A stretch of DNA of 31,144 bases from positions 1-31,144 of IMG/VR virus record IMGVR_UViG_3300032272_000725; one strand, 5' to 3'. Below, one piece after another: positions 26,147 through 31,144 of the stretch. A program made the position numbers and the translations under genes. Source of the DNA: a virus (lineage: Duplodnaviria > Caudoviricetes). Positions within the stretch are counted from its first letter, which is position 1; each line of letters begins with the position of its first letter. The notes beneath the pieces were generated by a model. It was given only the letters and a program-made list of their open reading frames with translations, ran no database searches and had not been told where the DNA came from.

Positions 26147-26853
26147 TCAGCGTTATCCTGCCAGCCCGGTTCGGTGACCCTTGGGAAGAAGAGCTTGCCC
26201 GGTTTACGATCAACACGATGCGCATGCAGACCATGCAGGCCTTTGAACTTGTGATCGTGGAATACCACACCGACCTACTGGAAGACCTTGCCGATGTTCA
26301 TATCCGTATAGGCCAGGGCGCTGATCTTACCTGGACGGAGCAATGGAACCAGGGCGCGGAAGCTTCAAGCGGTAAATACCTGGTGCATACCGGCATCGAT
26401 GTGATCGTCGGCCCCGGATGGCTGGAGAACATGCTGGAACCTTTCAAACAAGACCACCAGCATTTAGTTGGTTGCACGACCCTGGCCTGTACGGAACCCG
26501 GTTGCAGCATAGGCGGGCGCGAACCGGAAAAGAAGATCATCGAGGGCATGTATGGCCCGCTCATGATGTTTGATCGCGCATGGCGCTTTGACCCGGCGTT
26601 CCCGAACGTGCATTCCGATAGCGATTTAATCATGCGGATGTATGACCAGGGTCTTCGCTCATACCGCAACCTGGCAACCGTCTGCCATCACCTAAATGGC
26701 GTTACATGGAAGTCAACGACCACGCACAACGAGCGCGAGCGGCAACGTGAAAAGGCGAACGACGTGTTCATAGCTAAGTGGGGCAACCACCCCTCCTGGA
26801 TGGCGCAGATGATCTTGCGCGGGCATATAGTTTATGGGAAAGAGCAAGGCTAA
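26143..26853 (+). CDS. Glycosyltransferase family 2-like protein
   Basis: ISVILP, FELVIVE, WNQGA...SGKYL....D....GWLE.M, FD..F....SD.DL..R, HH motifs. Confidence 0.85.
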   Translation: MISVILPARFGDPWEEELARFTINTMRMQTMQAFELVIVEYHTDLLEDLADVHIRIGQGADLTWTEQWNQGAEASSGKYLVHTGIDVIVGPGWLENMLEPFKQDHQHLVGCTTLACTEPGCSIGGREPEKKIIEGMYGPLMMFDRAWRFDPAFPNVHSDSDLIMRMYDQGLRSYRNLATVCHHLNGVTWKSTTTHNERERQREKANDVFIAKWGNHPSWMAQMILRGHIVYGKEQG

Positions 26854-27259
26854 TATCTCGCTCGGTTTTATGGTCTCCTCTCAGCAGGCCGCGGTGGGGA
26901 ACTATTGGCATGGCCATGACACCGGCCCCGTTGACCGCCTGCCATATAGCAAAGAAGAGTTATCCGTTATCCGTGAATACTTCCTCCCTCGCGGCGTCCA
27001 GTACTGCCACGAACAATTACCACACCGATCAATTCACTCCATCCGGCACAAGGCCAGGGACATGGGCTTGAAGACCCGCGAACGTAAATTGTGGACGCGT
27101 GACGAACTGCATATAGTTTCAATGGGCATCGTCAAAGGCCTGCGCCTGGCTGATATAACCGGCTCACTGGCCGAAGCCGGATTCACCCGTACCTTTTTTG
27201 CTGTCCGTGATTGTGCCTCTGTTCTTCGCATAGAAATTGGATCTGCAGCATCGATGTAG
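26834..27259 (+). CDS. Hypothetical protein with Myb/SANT-like repeats
   Basis: YS.EEL..I.......LP.RS..SI..KA..MGL and WT.DEL repeats. Confidence 0.6.
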   Translation: MGKSKANISLGFMVSSQQAAVGNYWHGHDTGPVDRLPYSKEELSVIREYFLPRGVQYCHEQLPHRSIHSIRHKARDMGLKTRERKLWTRDELHIVSMGIVKGLRLADITGSLAEAGFTRTFFAVRDCASVLRIEIGSAASM

Positions 27260-27307
27260 ATTTCGCGTAATATCCCTCCCCCATCTGCGCGGCTATATTC
27301 CGTGGCC

Positions 27308-28567
27308 ATGGACTTATTCAAATTAAAAGGCGTCGAGATATTTAAAGCAGGAACCTGGAACGGCGATGCATACTCCGTCAAAGACCTGGACGATATGGTC
27401 GCAGCGTTCGACCATGTAGGTTTTAAACCTCCTGTTAAGCTCGGCCACAAAGAATCATCTGGTGCTCCGGCGTTTGGCTGGATAGAAAACCTCCGGCGCC
27501 AGGGCGACAAATTAGTAGCCGACTTCCACGATTTACCCGAGGCAGTATTTAAAGCAATTAAGTCCCGAGCATTCGACACCGTATCTTCCGAGGTATTCTG
27601 GAACATAAAACGAGGCGGCAAAAACTTCCGCAGAGCATTGAAAGCGGTTGCTCTTTTAGGCGCTGAAATACCTGCAGTCTCTGACCTGATGCCTCTGCGA
27701 AATAACTTTTCTATCGACGATGTAGATTTCGCGTCATTGCAGGTTTACCAGTTGAGCAATGAAGATATGCATCAACAGATTTCAAATATCGAAGACGATA
27801 ACCACGATGAGGATTCTAAAGTGAACAAATTCGGCGAGTTTCTAAAAAGCATAATCTCAGCAGACAAATTTGAAGCGACCATTGCTACCTTGGCGCAGGC
27901 CATGGGCATCGATGTCGCAGGCATGAACGCCTATATGCACACCGCACTAAAACCGACTCCCGATCAGATGAAAGCCATCGCGGCCAGTTTGCAAATTGAC
28001 GAGAGTCGATTAACGCAATATGCGATGTCTATTCCAGGCGCGGCAACCGGCGACGGTAATAACGCGCAAGTATCGGAACTCTCCCAGAGACTGGAAGACC
28101 AGCAGCTCGCTATTGATAAAGCGAATAACGAAAAGCGCGACCTTGCTAAAACGGTTGCCAAGCTTCATCAGGATCAGAAAAACAAAGAGATTCGTCTCGT
28201 CGCGGACAGTTGTCGCATCCCGGCATTCCGTGAACACCTTTATGCCCTGCTCTCCGAGCTGCCTGATGGTGAAGGGGCAAAGGCTTATAGCTTTGGTGAG
28301 GGTGATGCTAAAAAAGAACTCTCTGCATTCAAGGCCTGTGAAGACCTGATCGGTATGCTGAACAAGCATGCGGAAAAACTGTTTAAAGAATCGGCCTCCG
28401 GTGGAACCGACTTGCCGGACGGCACTGATGCCGACAACATCGGCGACCAGGTTGACGCTAAAGTAAAGGCGCACATGGAAGCTAATAAGACGGACGACTA
28501 CCAGGCCGCATTGACCGCAGTCCTGGACAAGAACCCTGACCTGGCACGCGCATACGCGCAGTCTTAA
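27308..28567 (+). CDS. Prohead protease / scaffold fusion (Mu gpI-like)
   Basis: GVEIFKAGTW, PVKLGH, PAFGW, VSSE, L.AVALLG...PAV; coiled-coil C-terminus; directly upstream of the capsid genes. Confidence 0.88.
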   Translation: MDLFKLKGVEIFKAGTWNGDAYSVKDLDDMVAAFDHVGFKPPVKLGHKESSGAPAFGWIENLRRQGDKLVADFHDLPEAVFKAIKSRAFDTVSSEVFWNIKRGGKNFRRALKAVALLGAEIPAVSDLMPLRNNFSIDDVDFASLQVYQLSNEDMHQQISNIEDDNHDEDSKVNKFGEFLKSIISADKFEATIATLAQAMGIDVAGMNAYMHTALKPTPDQMKAIAASLQIDESRLTQYAMSIPGAATGDGNNAQVSELSQRLEDQQLAIDKANNEKRDLAKTVAKLHQDQKNKEIRLVADSCRIPAFREHLYALLSELPDGEGAKAYSFGEGDAKKELSAFKACEDLIGMLNKHAEKLFKESASGGTDLPDGTDADNIGDQVDAKVKAHMEANKTDDYQAALTAVLDKNPDLARAYAQS

Positions 28568-28607
28568 TCAACGCATTTGCAATAATCGGAAATTAGAGGA
28601 ATAGACC

Positions 28608-29006
28608 ATGGGAACATCAAACAACGAACGCACCGACCAGACCTTTAAGGCCGGAGCCGACCTATCTGCACAGCAGTATAATTACATGCGGGTCTCTGAT
28701 GGCGACCAGCAGGTAAACGTCGCATCGCATGCTGATACTAATCAGCTTGTGGGTGTTCTTCTAAATAAACCTGCTGCGGTGGGCCGACACGCATCGGTTG
28801 CAATCGCTGGACGCGCAAAGCTTCGCGCAGGCGGTGCCATTGCTACCACGCAGACCATGCTGACCGTGAACGGTTCTGGTCGCTGTATTACCGCGGCATC
28901 AGGCGAAATGGTTATCGGTCGAAACATAGAAGTGGCCGACGCCGATGGCGACATCATCTCTGTAATGTTGGTGCAACCCTGGAGACTCTCCGGGCCTGCC
29001 ACGTAA
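28608..29006 (+). CDS. Capsid decoration/cement protein (DUF2190-like)
   Basis: A.ADLS..QY, GVL.NKP, G......AG, A...GD.I.V; located between the protease and the capsid gene. Confidence 0.8.
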   Translation: MGTSNNERTDQTFKAGADLSAQQYNYMRVSDGDQQVNVASHADTNQLVGVLLNKPAAVGRHASVAIAGRAKLRAGGAIATTQTMLTVNGSGRCITAASGEMVIGRNIEVADADGDIISVMLVQPWRLSGPAT

Positions 29007-29045
29007 CCCTTGAACCTGGACTAAATTTTTAACGAGGATAAAATC

Positions 29046-30014
29046 ATGCAGCGCGATTATAACTATTTGATAGACGGCGGTTCACACATCGACAAGGTGC
29101 TGACCAACCTGGCCATGAAGAACTTTTCAAGCCGGCAGGGATACATCGCCGATGCTATCTTCCCGAACGTGCCTGTGGGCAAGCAGTCAGATAAATATTT
29201 TGTTATCGACAAAGCGACTTACCTGCTTATCCCTGACACCGCTCGCGCTCCTGGTGCGCCGGCTAACACTATTGAGTTCTTGCTATCCAGTGAAAGTTAT
29301 TTCGCGGACAACTATGCTCTCGGAACGGACACCCCGAACGAGACGCTGGCGAACGCTGATATCGGCGCTAATAGTATCCGGCAGGCGAACAACGAGATCA
29401 TCCTGGATGGCCTCGCTCGTGACCGTGAGCAACGCGCAGCAAATATTGTTACATCCATTTCCAATGTCGGTTCTGGTTTAGCTTTAACCGGCAGCGACAA
29501 ATGGTCTGATGCGGTCGGGTCTGACCCGGTCGGCCAGATTAACTCTGGTCACGCATTCGTGCGGCAGAACACCGGCCTCAAAGCCAACACCTTAAGCCTG
29601 GATGAAGACTCCCTGGTCACCCTGCAGACGCATCCGCAGATTCGTGATTTTGTGAAGTACACTCAATCCGGGCCGGTTCCGACCAGCGAGATTGCAAGGC
29701 TTTTCCGGGTAAACACTATCCACGTCGCAGACGGAGTTTATAACTCTGCCAAAGAAGGGCAGGCCGCATCGATGGCGAACATCTGGGGCAACTTTTGCCT
29801 GCTGACTCACACAGCACCGACCCGCGGCATGCAGACTGCGACGTTCGGTTTAAGCTATGGCTGGCAGCCTGCTGGATTCCCAAGTGGAATGGTCGTGGAG
29901 CGTTATCCGCATCACAATCGCTCAAAGAAGTCCGAGCACCAGGAAGCGCAGTACTTCGCGGACGAGAAGATCGTCGGCAAGGACTTGTCCTACCTCATCA
30001 AAGACACGCTTTAA
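29046..30014 (+). CDS. Major capsid protein
   Basis: 322 aa; D..LTN.A....YIAD.IFP.VPV.KQS.KY, KWSD...SDP, IWG, TFG motifs; GAGG RBS. Confidence 0.9.
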   Translation: MQRDYNYLIDGGSHIDKVLTNLAMKNFSSRQGYIADAIFPNVPVGKQSDKYFVIDKATYLLIPDTARAPGAPANTIEFLLSSESYFADNYALGTDTPNETLANADIGANSIRQANNEIILDGLARDREQRAANIVTSISNVGSGLALTGSDKWSDAVGSDPVGQINSGHAFVRQNTGLKANTLSLDEDSLVTLQTHPQIRDFVKYTQSGPVPTSEIARLFRVNTIHVADGVYNSAKEGQAASMANIWGNFCLLTHTAPTRGMQTATFGLSYGWQPAGFPSGMVVERYPHHNRSKKSEHQEAQYFADEKIVGKDLSYLIKDTL

Positions 30015-30021
30015 GTTTTTC

Positions 30022-30243
30022 ATGAAACGGTTATTTAAACAGGATGTTCCAGGCGCGGGGGCCGGTGGCCTCTTTGCTAAGAAAGGCGAAATTCGTGAGT
30101 ATGCGAAAGACACCTGGACGGCAATCGCACGATCAGTAAAGCCGAAAATCAAAAACGCCAATAAGGCGCTTGATTCTTTCAGCGAGCTAGTCGGTGACGG
30201 CCCAAAGAACACTCCTGTAAACGGCGTATTTTTCCACAATTAA
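30022..30243 (+). CDS. Hypothetical protein after the capsid gene
   Basis: ATG 30022 (MKRLFKQDVPG...) fills the gap between neighbouring genes. Confidence 0.5.
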   Translation: MKRLFKQDVPGAGAGGLFAKKGEIREYAKDTWTAIARSVKPKIKNANKALDSFSELVGDGPKNTPVNGVFFHN

Positions 30244-30252
30244 GGATAAGCC

Positions 30253-30597
30253 ATGAGCAAGCAAAAAGAACAATTGTTTTTCCCCATGTTTAAGGGGCAG
30301 CCATCTACCAACACCAATCAAGGTGGCCTGGCATCGAATCCGTTCGCAGGCTTCGCCACGGTTAATTCCGGATCAGCAGCAGTGACGGTTTCAACCAACC
30401 TGGTGACTTCCGGGTCGCTTGTCTTCATCGGTACTCAGGTACTCGGCGCGGCACCGGCGCATGTTGTCAGTGGCAGCAATCTTGTTGTCACCTCAATCGT
30501 GGACGGCACCAGTTTCAACATTGCTCGGGCAGGCGCAACGGCTCATGCGTATGACGAGACTGTTGGCTTTATGATTTGGGCAACTAAAGACCGTTAG
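30253..30597 (+). CDS. Putative virion structural protein (beta-rich)
   Basis: 114 aa, Ser/Thr/Val/Gly-rich; AAGGA RBS. Confidence 0.6.
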   Translation: MSKQKEQLFFPMFKGQPSTNTNQGGLASNPFAGFATVNSGSAAVTVSTNLVTSGSLVFIGTQVLGAAPAHVVSGSNLVVTSIVDGTSFNIARAGATAHAYDETVGFMIWATKDR

Positions 30598-30602
30598 TCC
30601 CC

Positions 30603-30923
30603 ATGACTTCTAAGGCCCTCACGATCAATTCAGGGTCGGCGGTGTCGGAGGTTTTTAATCTCCAGCATGCCAAAGGCGCGACCCTGCACCTGCCGGTCGT
30701 CACATCCGGTTCGGTTTACCTCCAGGCATCCCCCGATGAAACCGCGGCAAACTTTGTCCGGGTTCATAATTCCCTTGGTTCCCTGTGGCAGTTTGATGCG
30801 GCAGCCGGTTCCCTTGCTATGACCCTCGGTGATGATGTTCTCGGTGGTATCGGATTCGCCCGTATAGAAACGTCGGTCAACCAGGCCGCACCCAGGACGC
30901 TGAATATCCTTTTTAAGCTGTAG
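30603..30923 (+). CDS. Putative virion structural protein
   Basis: 106-aa beta-rich ORF in the late operon. Confidence 0.6.
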   Translation: MTSKALTINSGSAVSEVFNLQHAKGATLHLPVVTSGSVYLQASPDETAANFVRVHNSLGSLWQFDAAAGSLAMTLGDDVLGGIGFARIETSVNQAAPRTLNILFKL

Positions 30924-30935
30924 GAGGTTTCCTTC

Positions 30936-31144
30936 TTGAACGGCATCCCCTTTGAACGTATCAACCAGATGCTCCCGGCGTTCATCAATACGAACGGCAA
31001 GGGCGGGGATATATGGGGCTTTAATGCCGACATAAGCAACGCGCCGGAAACCATCTGCGACTGCGGCACCGGCCTTTATACTTACCCGGCAGCAGCTTCG
31101 GTGATGAAAGTCAGTTCCGCACATGCCGATGATGATGCGGCAAC
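30936..31144 (+). CDS. Partial virion protein (runs off the window)
   Basis: AGGAGG RBS then TTG; open frame LNGIPFE...WGFNADIS...ETICDCGTGLYTYP.AA..M.VSS...DD. Confidence 0.6.
   Translation, partial: MNGIPFERINQMLPAFINTNGKGGDIWGFNADISNAPETICDCGTGLYTYPAAASVMKVSSAHADDDAA

Larger units (their letters stand above)
1..31144. mobile_element. Tailed bacteriophage (Caudoviricetes) genome segment
   Basis: Terminase, portal, prohead protease, capsid, endolysin/spanins and recombination genes in lambdoid/Mu-like modular order; no host housekeeping genes. Confidence 0.97.

Noticed and set aside
1-31144. tRNA, rRNA, integrase/att site, reverse transcriptase or diversity-generating retroelement
   Set aside because: No cloverleaf, recombinase motifs, YxDD polymerase or TR/VR repeat pair recognised by eye; tRNAscan-SE, Infernal and a self-dotplot would be needed to exclude them formally

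Overview
A 31-kb segment of a tailed dsDNA phage (Caudoviricetes) genome, probably infecting a Gram-negative host because it encodes spanins. In order it carries: the end of a tail-fibre region; a lysis cassette (holin candidate, M15 peptidase endolysin, a multi-TM protein, i-/o-spanins); a leftward early operon (SSAP-like recombinase, PD-(D/E)XK exonuclease, cytidylyltransferase, two cupins, Lar-like protein, secreted Cys-His-Asp protein, TGT/DpdA-like transglycosylase); back-to-back promoters; a rightward operon (Cro-like, LmbU-like, replication, HNH, nuclease and RusA-like genes); a terminator-bounded divergent amidoligase / gamma-glutamylcyclotransferase island; a ParB-methyltransferase; the terminases; a portal fused to a Mu-F-like head protein; and protease/scaffold, decoration and major capsid genes. 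The most notable items are (1) a separately promoted sugar-modification cassette (UDP-sugar dehydrogenase, hexapeptide acyltransferase, B12 radical SAM, GT2) between the portal and the prohead protease, (2) a TGT/DpdA-like gene with no preQ0 biosynthesis genes in the window, (3) a RusA-like resolvase whose halves lie in two overlapping frames, (4) candidate structured RNAs, and (5) recurrent leaderless promoters. No integrase, CI repressor, tRNA, rRNA or CRISPR array was seen. All product calls come from motif recognition by eye, not database searches.
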